The notes beneath the pieces were generated by a model. It was given only the letters and a program-made list of their open reading frames with translations, was not told the origin of the DNA and made no database searches. 29,369 nucleotides of DNA, from positions 1 through 29,369 of the forward strand of contig JBOFUV010000079.1 in NCBI GenBank assembly GCA_051652765.1, given 5' to 3'. The translations under genes were made by a program, and so were the position numbers. The stretch comes from Microcoleaceae cyanobacterium. GTDB taxonomy: Bacteria; Cyanobacteriota; Cyanobacteriia; Cyanobacteriales; Microcoleaceae. Shown piece by piece: positions 9,482 to 18,609 of the stretch. Every line of letters begins with the position of its first letter. Within the stretch, counting starts at the first letter, position 1.

Positions 9482-10615
9482 TTAATCAGCTCTCCTGACA
9501 GACAATCCAGCAAGAAATTCCAGGGTTGCCGCATCAAACACCCATTCTAATCCTTGGCTATTCACTGCTTTGATCAAGAGAGCATCTTGAGGCAAAATAG
9601 ATTCGGGTTGGAACTCACAAGACCAGAAGTAGGTTGACTCTGATGCAGTTGGTGTTAAAGTGGGACGGCATTGATGCGCGATTTCCCCATTGATTAAGAC
9701 TAATATTTTTTCAACCTGGCTGTTTGGGTTGATTTCTGAAATCTGACCCCGGAGTTGCAGCGTCCCCTTCGGAGTCAGGAAACACTGTTCTAAACGGCCC
9801 TGGGGATGATGACTAAAGGGTAAAGTCGAAAAGTCTGGTGTTGAAGTTTTAGCAACAACATACAAGTCTTGATACCGACAAATTCCCTGGGGAATGCGAT
9901 GATAACTCCCCTGTCCCTGACTTACCCTGTGTAATACTTGGCCAACAAAATCTTCCCCGACATAAGTTGTTCCATAGTCCTGAGTCGCCAAAGAACGACT
10001 CTCACTTTCAGGAATAAACAAAATCTCTGAAGATTGAATCTGGAGAGGTTTGGGCAGGAGGGCGCGATCATGAACACTAAATAACAGTAACCCGCCCGGA
10101 GAAATCAGATTGTACAGAACCTCCATCCACTCAATAAAGGTTTTCTCTGGCATGTGGCTAAAAAAAGAACAGGCCAAAATACAGTCAAATTGGGCTTGAT
10201 CGGGGTAAGAACTAGGGTGAGCTTGAGAAACAATCCCATGCACTCGAAAGTGTGTTCTTTGGAAGGCGATCGCGGGGGCTAAAATATCAGAAACCCAGAC
10301 TTTTTCAGGTGTTAATTCCTGCACTAAAAATCGAGTAAAGCGACCATATCCACTAGCAAAATCCAGAAACCGGGTCACCTGTTCAAATCCCTGAAAATGC
10401 CAATCAACAATTGATCGAACCGCATCTAAAATCCTGCAACCGTTAAAATAGTATCGAACTCCAGCCCGTTCTGGAAACTTCTGATTTTCTAATGCAAATA
10501 AGTACATTTCATCCGATTCACAAATCACAGATTGAAAGGTTTGGGGAGATTTAACTTGATCCCGAATAAAAATTTGAAGCGCTCTATTTTGCAAAACTGG
10601 ATCAAAGTTATTCAT
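9482..10615 (-). CDS. Class I SAM-dependent methyltransferase with C-terminal beta-rich extension
   Basis: FLDFASGYGR motif I, FDCILACSFFSHM and LISPGGLLLFS. Confidence 0.88.
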   Translation of the reverse strand: MNNFDPVLQNRALQIFIRDQVKSPQTFQSVICESDEMYLFALENQKFPERAGVRYYFNGCRILDAVRSIVDWHFQGFEQVTRFLDFASGYGRFTRFLVQELTPEKVWVSDILAPAIAFQRTHFRVHGIVSQAHPSSYPDQAQFDCILACSFFSHMPEKTFIEWMEVLYNLISPGGLLLFSVHDRALLPKPLQIQSSEILFIPESESRSLATQDYGTTYVGEDFVGQVLHRVSQGQGSYHRIPQGICRYQDLYVVAKTSTPDFSTLPFSHHPQGRLEQCFLTPKGTLQLRGQISEINPNSQVEKILVLINGEIAHQCRPTLTPTASESTYFWSCEFQPESILPQDALLIKAVNSQGLEWVFDAATLEFLAGLSVRRAD

Positions 10616-10699
10616 AAGAAACTCAGAATATGAACGGAGATTTCACAGAGATTTCACGGAGGAGCATGACATTTCTGCGCTTCTGCACAAAGTGTTAAA

Positions 10700-10855
10700 G
10701 GAGGTTTGAACGCGCTCACGGTTCGCAGCAAAACAATTTCGATCCCCCCAAATCTCCCTGAAGAATGGGGACTCTGACACTGATTCCCCTGTTTCAGGAG
10801 GGCTAGGGGAATCAATTAGTGCTTAAAATCACAGTCACCTCCTGTTCAAACATCC
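10700..10855. mobile_element. Degenerate MITE-like element (156 bp) with terminal inverted repeats and an internal palindrome
   Basis: TIRs GGAGGTTTGAAC (10700-10711) and GTTCAAACATCC (10844-10855), 11/12 match. Internal GATCCCCCC...GGGGAATC inverted repeat at 10741-10813 resembles a common cyanobacterial repeat. No ORF. Confidence 0.6.
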
Positions 10856-11053
10856 CCATGACGCTGGAAAGAGTTCAAAGGTTCCCTCATCGTCGGTAAC
10901 GGAGGTACTTCGCCAGCACAAAGTTGCCACCACAAAGTTATCAACATAGCGTTTTTAGTACAAAGTCAAGTACAAATCGTGTAAAACTTTGACATAGGAA
11001 GAGCACTGAGGATGTGCTTACTTCTCTAAAACCAAAAAACAGGAGAAGTTTTC

Positions 11054-13141
11054 ATGATAGCGGTTTTCAAGCCATTGGTGCAAAGGGTCTCAAGCCAAGG
11101 CAAAAGGAACTCACTCAAGGTTCAGATGCTGTTAGTCATTGGGATTTTTGTATTCCTCTTGTCTAGAACGCTCCCTGCCTTGGGAACAGCAACGGCTGAG
11201 TCGTTACCCCCCGATCCGGTTAAAGCTTCTGTTGTGTTAGATGGACGAGAACTCTTCAAACTCGGAAGTTCTGGCCGTTTTTCTGCAGTCGAACGAGCCG
11301 AAATGGTGAGTCATGTGTTGCAGGAAAAACTGCACAGACGTTTACTGACAGATGAACTGATCAATGTTGAAGCGATCACCCAACAGAACCAGGCTATTTT
11401 ACAAGTCAATAACCGCTATCTTTTGACCGTGACTGCTGCTGATGTTATCCCTGGAATGGAACCCATAGAACAAGCCCGTCTTTGGGAAAAACAGCTCGAA
11501 ACCGCTCTAGAACGGGGAACCTATGAACATTCCCTGCCCTATAAACACTGGGCAGGAAAAAGTTTGGCGATTGGGTTTGGGGTGGCCCTAGCAGTTCAAA
11601 GTGTGTTATTTTTCCTCAGCCGTCGCTATCGTCGTCAACAACTCCAACGTTCGGAGGTGGAGCAGGGATCGTTACAATTGCTGGGCTTGAACCTGTTGCA
11701 ATTTGGCGTGTGGATTGTCTGGATTTGCTACGGCATGAGTCTGTTTCCCTGGACTCGAACGTGGCTATATCAAGGATTTCAATTATTAGATCAAACCTTC
11801 AATACCTCTATGTTTAGAGTGGGAGAAGAAGCGATTTCCCTTAGTCGATTATTGGGAATTGGAGCAACGGCGATCGCTCTTTGGATTGTGATTGGATGGT
11901 TGACTCGATTTCTAAAAACTCGAATTTTACCGCTGGCTGGAGTGGATCGAAGTTTACAGGATTCCATCGCCTTTTTTGTAGAATATGGCTTAATTTCTTT
12001 GGGCCTGCTTTTAATCCTAAGTGCTGGCGGTGTGAGCCTGCAATCCTTAATATTTTTGTTGAGTGCAGTTGGGATTGGAATTGGATTTGGCCTCCAAAAT
12101 ATTGCCAAAGATTTTATTAGCGGATTAATTCTACTGGTTACCCGCCCAATCAAAATTGGTGAATTAGTCCAGGTGGGTGAGTTTCAAGGATTAGTTCAAC
12201 GCATCGGCGCTCGCACCATAGAAATTTCTCATATTGACCGATATGTGATTACGATCCCCAATTCTCGCTTTATTGAAGGGGAGGTTTTGAACTGGAACCG
12301 CAGTGGTTTAACGCGGGTGAAAGTCTATGCGGATATTAGCTATGGGATTGATTTTGAGTTGATTCATCGAGTCTTGTTGGCAGCGGCCCAAGCTCCCCAC
12401 CCTGACATTCTACGCCATCCTCCCCCAAAGGCTCAATTTCGCGGTTATCAAGCCAGTTCGTTGAAATTTCGAATTGTGGTCTTCATCCGAGATCCGTTAA
12501 AAGAGCCTAAGGTTAGAACCCATCTCTACAACCAGATTGAATATCATCTGCGGAAGTACAACATTGAAGTCCCTTTTCCCCAACAGGATTTGCATATCAA
12601 AGTGCCTCAGTTGGATCAGGCGATCGCGACTTGGGTTCAGATCAATGCCCCAGAAGACGACGGATTAAAAGCTGCTAGTAATCTGGAGCAATCAACAACT
12701 CTACTCCCAGAACTGCCAATTGTTCAAGATGAATATGATTGGGAGGCGATCGCAGCAGCCATGCGGGGAGAAAATGGTGTTGAAATTAAAGATCGGCGAT
12801 TTCGGTTGCGGGTTTTTGCCAAAACGTTTCTGGGATCTGATGCAGTCAATTGGTTGATGATTAACGAGCAGGCCACTCGACCAGAAGCCATTATGATTGG
12901 CCAGTTAATGGTGAAGCAACACATGATTCACCATGCATTAGATGAACATGACTTCAAGGACGAACCGCTATTTTATCGATTTTATGCGGACGAAATAGAT
13001 TTAATTCAGCAGGGGATGGCTGATGAAGGTGGAATTGAGGGGGATAAAAAAGATGGTTTAGAGAATTCTTCTGAAGGTTCCCCGGACAGTGCTTCAGAAA
13101 GTTCCTCAGGGAGTGGATCAGAGTCAGGAGGTTTCGATTAA
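11054..13141 (+). CDS. MscS family mechanosensitive channel with N-terminal periplasmic region and C-terminal DEP domain
   Basis: GIGIGFGLQNIAKDFISGLILL...PIKIGELVQVG, IPNS and IEVPFPQQDLH MscS motifs; C-terminal GVEIKDRRFRL...FLGSDAVNWL...HDFKDEPLFYRF. Confidence 0.9.
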   Translation: MIAVFKPLVQRVSSQGKRNSLKVQMLLVIGIFVFLLSRTLPALGTATAESLPPDPVKASVVLDGRELFKLGSSGRFSAVERAEMVSHVLQEKLHRRLLTDELINVEAITQQNQAILQVNNRYLLTVTAADVIPGMEPIEQARLWEKQLETALERGTYEHSLPYKHWAGKSLAIGFGVALAVQSVLFFLSRRYRRQQLQRSEVEQGSLQLLGLNLLQFGVWIVWICYGMSLFPWTRTWLYQGFQLLDQTFNTSMFRVGEEAISLSRLLGIGATAIALWIVIGWLTRFLKTRILPLAGVDRSLQDSIAFFVEYGLISLGLLLILSAGGVSLQSLIFLLSAVGIGIGFGLQNIAKDFISGLILLVTRPIKIGELVQVGEFQGLVQRIGARTIEISHIDRYVITIPNSRFIEGEVLNWNRSGLTRVKVYADISYGIDFELIHRVLLAAAQAPHPDILRHPPPKAQFRGYQASSLKFRIVVFIRDPLKEPKVRTHLYNQIEYHLRKYNIEVPFPQQDLHIKVPQLDQAIATWVQINAPEDDGLKAASNLEQSTTLLPELPIVQDEYDWEAIAAAMRGENGVEIKDRRFRLRVFAKTFLGSDAVNWLMINEQATRPEAIMIGQLMVKQHMIHHALDEHDFKDEPLFYRFYADEIDLIQQGMADEGGIEGDKKDGLENSSEGSPDSASESSSGSGSESGGFD

Positions 13142-13147
13142 TTCGAT

Positions 13148-14218
13148 TCAATCTTTAGATCGGGTAGTCACTTTCTGCAAAATTCTGTTTGCTTTGCGGT
13201 AGAGAGCATCAGGAATCCAGGAGACTGGAGAAGCACCGTCAGTGGTTTTGGGTCGGAGTTCCTTGTAGTCAATCGGTGTTTCATCGGGCGGAAATTGAGG
13301 CGCGTTCTCAGGCTCTTTCAAAAAGCGATAGTACAGATATTCATTGCGATACGGGAAATCAATATTTTCTCCCTGAGCCACAGCCGTGAGAATTTTTGAG
13401 GTTACGCAAATATAGTGCAGGTAAGTTAACCGAATATCGCGGTCATAGAGTACCTGATCAATGTTTTGGAAATGAGAGGAAGTCACACAGTTGCCAGCCC
13501 GTTGTTCTGGGGGAAGTTCCTGAGCCAGGTTATACACTGAACGTCCGGGACGCAGGGCCATGTAGTTTGTAATCGTTTGGTCGGGAATGCGAGGAACCAG
13601 AACTTCACTTTCCCCTTCAGCCAGGTAGCCCAACAATTGCTCCATCTCAGCCCGGTCGAAAAACCCTTTGTGGGAAGCAAAGAACCCGGCACAGAAGACC
13701 TTGCTCAACTGTTCCTCCGTGAACAGATTGAATTTTTGAACGGCTTTGAGATTGAAGGCTTGGTTGGGTTGGCGATAGAGAAAGTCGTAGATCACCCAGT
13801 CATAGTGGTCGAGTTTCTCAAACACCAAACTCAAGTTGTCAAACACCAACACGTCTGCATCCAGAAAGATAAACTTGTCAAATGGCCCATCGAATGCACA
13901 GAACTTGCGGCGCATGGTGATCCGGTAGTAGTCCCCAGGGTTTGAAGTGAGGTTGTGGCGATACCAGAACTGCTTGGCTGTGGGATGCAAGTCCCAAATC
14001 TTTTGGGTGAATTCATCCCAGCGTTTTAAGGATTGATCATCCTCGAATAGGGTCACCTGGGGGCGATGTTGGATCTCTGCCCTAATCCGCTCTAAGGTGT
14101 GGTCAAAGGGCAGAATACAAACCGGAAAATCTGGCCCAATGTTGACTTCAATGCTGTTGAGCAGAGCGATTAACTGGTCGTAGACTTTATCATTAGCCAG
14201 GGTGTAAATACCGTTCAT
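13148..14218 (-). CDS. GT8-like glycosyltransferase (Npun_R2821/Npun_R2822 family), paralog 3
   Basis: GIYTLAND start, FLDAD (DxD), FCAGFF, PDQTITNY and YLHY. Confidence 0.8.
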   Translation of the reverse strand: MNGIYTLANDKVYDQLIALLNSIEVNIGPDFPVCILPFDHTLERIRAEIQHRPQVTLFEDDQSLKRWDEFTQKIWDLHPTAKQFWYRHNLTSNPGDYYRITMRRKFCAFDGPFDKFIFLDADVLVFDNLSLVFEKLDHYDWVIYDFLYRQPNQAFNLKAVQKFNLFTEEQLSKVFCAGFFASHKGFFDRAEMEQLLGYLAEGESEVLVPRIPDQTITNYMALRPGRSVYNLAQELPPEQRAGNCVTSSHFQNIDQVLYDRDIRLTYLHYICVTSKILTAVAQGENIDFPYRNEYLYYRFLKEPENAPQFPPDETPIDYKELRPKTTDGASPVSWIPDALYRKANRILQKVTTRSKD

Positions 14219-14291
14219 AGGAATTTCTGGGCTGAGTGTTGATGGGTATGGGGTTAATCTTCTCTAAAATTAAGGATTCCCAGATTTTTCT

Positions 14292-15311
14292 CTAGGGCTT
14301 CAACTGACGTAGGCGATGTTTCCAGTTTTCTAATTTCTGATTCCAGAATTGACCAACTGTGCGTTGGAACTGATTTACAGGACTGGGTTTCGTGAGTTGA
14401 GGCCGTTGTTCTGGAGATTTCAAATAGCGATAGTGGAGGAACACATCTTGATAGGGAACTCCGACATTCTCCCCCGCACAAAGTTTTTGAAACTGGGAGG
14501 AAGCAACACTCATATAGTGAATATAGGTGATGGGTTTGCCCTTGTCATACAGAATATTATCTCGAACTTCAAAGGGGGAAGACCAGTGACACCCGGTGGC
14601 GTTGGCAACGTCATCATAAGCAAAGTTGTAATAGGAAATGCCGCTGCGCCACACCATATAGTTCAGCAGGGTTTGGTCGGAGTCCCACCAGGCCATGACT
14701 TCGGCCTCTCCAGACTTTAAGTGTTCGAGTAACTCGGCTTGGGTTTGGGCATTAAACAAACCTTTGTGAGCGGCAAACCAACCGGAACAGAAAATTTTAG
14801 CGGGAATAGTTTCAGGCGGAAAAATCTTCAGTAACTCTGCCTCGGAACAGTCAAAAATATACTTCAGATCCGACTTGTACTGGAAATCATTTGTGATCCA
14901 GTCGTATTCGGCTAACTTCTGATACACCTCGTTCAAGGGACGCATCAACAACGTATCCGCATCAAAAAAAATAAACTGATCAAAAGGCCCATCAAAGCAA
15001 CAGTATTTCCGATGACGCTCAACCCGATAGGTTCCTGAAATGCCTTTCTCTTGCCACATTGCCTGGGCTTTTGGATGGGCGTTCCAGGCTTGAGTCGCAA
15101 AATTTTCCCAGCGGTTAATCGAGTCCCAATCCTCAAACAGACTAACATTCGGGCGTTGGGCAATTTCAGCCCGCACCTGATCCAGGCGATTATTATAAGG
15201 AATCACACAAACTGGCAGATCCCGACCTGCGTTCGCTTCAATGCTATTCAGCAAAGCGACTAACTGGTCATAAACTACGTCATTCGCTAGGGTGTAAATT
15301 CCCTCAGTCAT
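14292..15311 (-). CDS. GT8-like glycosyltransferase (Npun_R2821/Npun_R2822 family), paralog 2
   Basis: GIYTLAND start, FFDAD, FCSGWF, SDQTLLNY and YIHY. Confidence 0.8.
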   Translation of the reverse strand: MTEGIYTLANDVVYDQLVALLNSIEANAGRDLPVCVIPYNNRLDQVRAEIAQRPNVSLFEDWDSINRWENFATQAWNAHPKAQAMWQEKGISGTYRVERHRKYCCFDGPFDQFIFFDADTLLMRPLNEVYQKLAEYDWITNDFQYKSDLKYIFDCSEAELLKIFPPETIPAKIFCSGWFAAHKGLFNAQTQAELLEHLKSGEAEVMAWWDSDQTLLNYMVWRSGISYYNFAYDDVANATGCHWSSPFEVRDNILYDKGKPITYIHYMSVASSQFQKLCAGENVGVPYQDVFLHYRYLKSPEQRPQLTKPSPVNQFQRTVGQFWNQKLENWKHRLRQLKP

Positions 15312-15370
15312 ATTGGAATTCCTCTTGCTGGGCGTTATCAGGGCATCGCAATTTATTGTTAGACATTTTG

Positions 15371-15409
15371 AGTTTTATCGTTAAGTTTTATCGTTGAGTA
15401 TTATCGTTA
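15371..15409. repeat. 13-bp tandem repeat x3 overlapping a stop codon
   Basis: AGTTTTATCGTTA / AGTTTTATCGTTG / AGTATTATCGTTA. Confidence 0.9.
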
Positions 15410-16294
15410 GGCATCCGTTTTGCCAAAAGGCAGACGTTCTGCAAGTTTTCGTTGCCATGTTGGTCTTGGATCATGCAAATAACGGTAATATTCCCAAATA
15501 TTCCAGTAAGAACCCCCCGGTTTCATCGGAGTTCCAGCCCAGTGAATATATTTCAAACGCTTACCCTGATCATAAAGCACATGATCTTTTTCCACAAAAT
15601 GAGGAGAACCACCCCAACTCCCAGGGCCACCGCCGGGAACCTTGACTAAATTTCCCCGTTTAGGAATATGTTTTAGCACCAGGTAATTTAAAATTGGTTG
15701 GTCAGTCACCCCCTGAGTAAAGTCAAAATATTCTCGATGTTGAGCGCATTCTTTCAGAGAATTGTACATTTGCTCCAAAGTTATCACTCCTTTACGGGAG
15801 GCCCAAAAGCCACTATTAAACACATCTTGTAACTCTGCTTCGGTAAAAATCCCGTGTTCCAAGACAACCGGAGAGAAAATATTTCGCAACTTTTGCCCAG
15901 AAAAATGATAGTCACAACAGAAGAAATCAACCGTTGATAACTCGGCTAAATTTGCCGCAATATCCTCAAAAACAATAATATCGGTATCAATATAGAGGAA
16001 TTCATCAAGCGGCCCAAACCACTGGACTAACTTTCGCATTTTATTCGGCAGGGCTAGAAAATCTCGATCAAAAATCTCTCCAATATTCTGGGTGAACTGT
16101 TCCACTAGTTCTAAATCAGGAAACAGTTGCACTTGGTGTAAACGGTTCAAGACCTCTAAAACCTGCTGGTAATCTTGATTGAATGGAATCATCAAGATCG
16201 GAACCTCTGCGTTGTACTTCCGAATACTGTTCAACAGAGCGATCGCATTATCCATCACCCGATCATTAGCAACAATATAAATTCCTTGATTCAT
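15407..16294 (-). CDS. GT8-like glycosyltransferase (Npun_R2821/Npun_R2822 family), paralog 1
   Basis: GIYIVAND start, YIDTD, FNSGFW, TDQPILNY and YIHW. Confidence 0.8.
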   Translation of the reverse strand: MNQGIYIVANDRVMDNAIALLNSIRKYNAEVPILMIPFNQDYQQVLEVLNRLHQVQLFPDLELVEQFTQNIGEIFDRDFLALPNKMRKLVQWFGPLDEFLYIDTDIIVFEDIAANLAELSTVDFFCCDYHFSGQKLRNIFSPVVLEHGIFTEAELQDVFNSGFWASRKGVITLEQMYNSLKECAQHREYFDFTQGVTDQPILNYLVLKHIPKRGNLVKVPGGGPGSWGGSPHFVEKDHVLYDQGKRLKYIHWAGTPMKPGGSYWNIWEYYRYLHDPRPTWQRKLAERLPFGKTDA

Positions 16295-16348
16295 AGAACT
16301 TGAGGCATAAAATAAGCGTTCAAATTGTTAACATAACGGATAAAACAA

Positions 16349-18358
16349 CTAATAACTACGAAGCTTAGCACTCCGTTCAATAAACTCAATTCTATCCAGA
16401 ATACTCGTGGCTGAATTATAAGACTCTAAAATTAACTCCTCCCGTTCCTCTGGGGTATCGATCATATCATCCAGGAGTAACTTGAGAAACCCAATCATCG
16501 GGTTCAATCGAGTTCGGACTTCATAGGAACTGCGGATAATCGCCTCATCCCGCGCCGCTTCATCCGCAAATTGCAGAGAGTACAACTTAGCAAAATACCC
16601 TCCCTTTCTGAGCAATTCACTGTGGGTTCCTCGCTCTACTACTTTACCTTGATCCAGAACGGCAATTTGATCTGCCTTTTCCACCGTGGACAATCGGTGG
16701 GCAATCACAATCGTGGTGCGATCCCGACTCAATTCATCAATCGCCTCCTGTACCAACCGTTCAGAAACAGTGTCTAGGGCACTGGTGGCTTCATCCAGAA
16801 TCAGAATCTCCGGGTTTTGCAGTAAGGCTCGGGCAATGGAAATCCGCTGGCGTTGACCCCCTGAAAGTAATACGCCGCGATCGCCAATCAAGGTATGAAA
16901 TCCCTGGGGCAAATTGCCAATAAATTCATAAGCATTGGCCCGTTCACTCGCCTGGAGAATATCTTCATTTGTGGCACTGGGATGCGCGTAAGCAATATTA
17001 TCCCGGATTGAGGCATTAAACAAAAAGGTATCCTGACTCACAATCCCCATGGCCTGTCGGAGGGATTTCAGGTCAAAGTCTCGCAGATCCACGCCATCAA
17101 TTGAAATCGATCCCTGGGTTGGATCATAAAACCGAGGCAATAAATCCGCAATGGTTGACTTCCCTGCCCCCGATCCCCCAACCAAGGCCAGGGTTGTTCC
17201 CTTCGGCACATGCAAATCAATACCCTTGAGCACCACAGCATCGTGGCCGGGATAGGAAAAATAAATATGATTGAACTCAATCCCGTGTTGCATAGGGACA
17301 TAGGGAACTGCGCCAGATTGCATAATCGGCTTATCATCCTTGCGGAGAAAGTCCTGAACCACCTCTACCCCAGCGGCAACACTGGCGTACTTACTGCGGG
17401 CATTATTCAACTGAGAAATCAGCGGCATCATGCGAAACAACAAAAACAAATACGTCAGTAAAACCGTTGATAGAGAGGTCAATTGACTGGAGAAAAAGAT
17501 CCGTCCAAAAAAGACAATCACCAGAATTGAAACAATACTAATGACTTCATTAATAGGTTGCAATGCAGATTGAACCATCAGGTTCATGTAAGCAATCTGC
17601 TCCTGCTCTTTCAACTGCCCAACAATCCTAGTGTACTCTTGGTGTTCATTGGCCATGCCCTTGATCAAGCGAATCCCCGTTAGGGTTTCTAGCAGAGCAA
17701 CAGAATACTCCTTACTCACTTTCGACTGTCGAATTCCATAATATTTAGAGCGCTTGATCACCCATTGATTCATGAAGAAAATAATTGACACCATCACTGT
17801 TGTAATCAGAGTCAGTTGCCAAGAAATAGATAAGAGTAAAAAGATATAAAACAGTAAGGTGATCCCGATAGAAAACATTGAAATTAGAGCCCCAATCGCA
17901 GCCGATGTGCGGGTAATTTCATTGCCCAAACGATTGATTAAGTCTCCAACTTTTACCTTAGAATAATAATCTAAATCTACATCAAGTAATAACTTAATTC
18001 CTGCTTCTCGCAAATCAAAAATCAAGGCTCTTGAAAGGGAACCGGACACTAGAATTGCCAGATAGCTCGTTGCGTTTTTGAGGGCGATCGCTACCACAAT
18101 CACTCCAGCCATTAAAAAAGGCCGATAGTTCTCCGGCACTCCCTCGAAAGGATTCAGGAGGGCTCGAATCACTGGGGGGCCATCCTGAAGCTGCATATCC
18201 TGTCCCAAAAACGACAGGACAACTGGGACAATTAGAGTGGTACTAACCCCACTAAAAATGGCACTTGAAAAGCCAAGAATGAGGGTGAATATAAACCTAA
18301 CCGGATAAGGTTTGATAGACTCTAGTAATAGCCGAAAGTCAGAAAAATTGCGGTTCAT
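16349..18358 (-). CDS. ABC exporter, fused TMD-NBD (MsbA/HepA-like), with C-terminal HisKA-like extension
   Basis: N-terminal TM region, Walker A GGSGAGKS, signature LSGGQ, Walker B ILILDEATSALD, AHRLST; about 70 extra residues after the NBD. Confidence 0.93.
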   Translation of the reverse strand: MNRNFSDFRLLLESIKPYPVRFIFTLILGFSSAIFSGVSTTLIVPVVLSFLGQDMQLQDGPPVIRALLNPFEGVPENYRPFLMAGVIVVAIALKNATSYLAILVSGSLSRALIFDLREAGIKLLLDVDLDYYSKVKVGDLINRLGNEITRTSAAIGALISMFSIGITLLFYIFLLLSISWQLTLITTVMVSIIFFMNQWVIKRSKYYGIRQSKVSKEYSVALLETLTGIRLIKGMANEHQEYTRIVGQLKEQEQIAYMNLMVQSALQPINEVISIVSILVIVFFGRIFFSSQLTSLSTVLLTYLFLLFRMMPLISQLNNARSKYASVAAGVEVVQDFLRKDDKPIMQSGAVPYVPMQHGIEFNHIYFSYPGHDAVVLKGIDLHVPKGTTLALVGGSGAGKSTIADLLPRFYDPTQGSISIDGVDLRDFDLKSLRQAMGIVSQDTFLFNASIRDNIAYAHPSATNEDILQASERANAYEFIGNLPQGFHTLIGDRGVLLSGGQRQRISIARALLQNPEILILDEATSALDTVSERLVQEAIDELSRDRTTIVIAHRLSTVEKADQIAVLDQGKVVERGTHSELLRKGGYFAKLYSLQFADEAARDEAIIRSSYEVRTRLNPMIGFLKLLLDDMIDTPEEREELILESYNSATSILDRIEFIERSAKLRSY

Positions 18359-18609
18359 ATTAGGAATGATAAACCCAGGTAGAAGTTTTATCCTACATTA
18401 GACTTCTGATTGAAACTCCTGCGATGATTACCCCAAAAATGACCAGGATTTATTCGGAATAGATCGAGACAAAACTGTAGGAATCCAATCCAAGTGATGT
18501 TGATCTATTCCTAATTCAGTTCATTAAGTGTACCATAGGTCTGTCTCGCTCCAGGTTGATTCAGAAGCCTGGGGAGATACTTTGAGCAAAAGCAGGATTA
18601 AATCTGGCT

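Noticed and set aside
10995..11048. Three GGA motifs suggesting CsrA/Rsm sites in the mscS leader
   Set aside because: CsrA is not generally present in cyanobacteria and GGA triplets are common by chance.
11791..15649. Numerous 60-125 aa ORFs inside mscS and the GT8-like genes
   Set aside because: They are nested in or overlap well-supported CDSs and have no motifs.
16349..18358. Assigning hepA or msbA
   Set aside because: Family-level similarity only; the neighbourhood does not establish either orthology.
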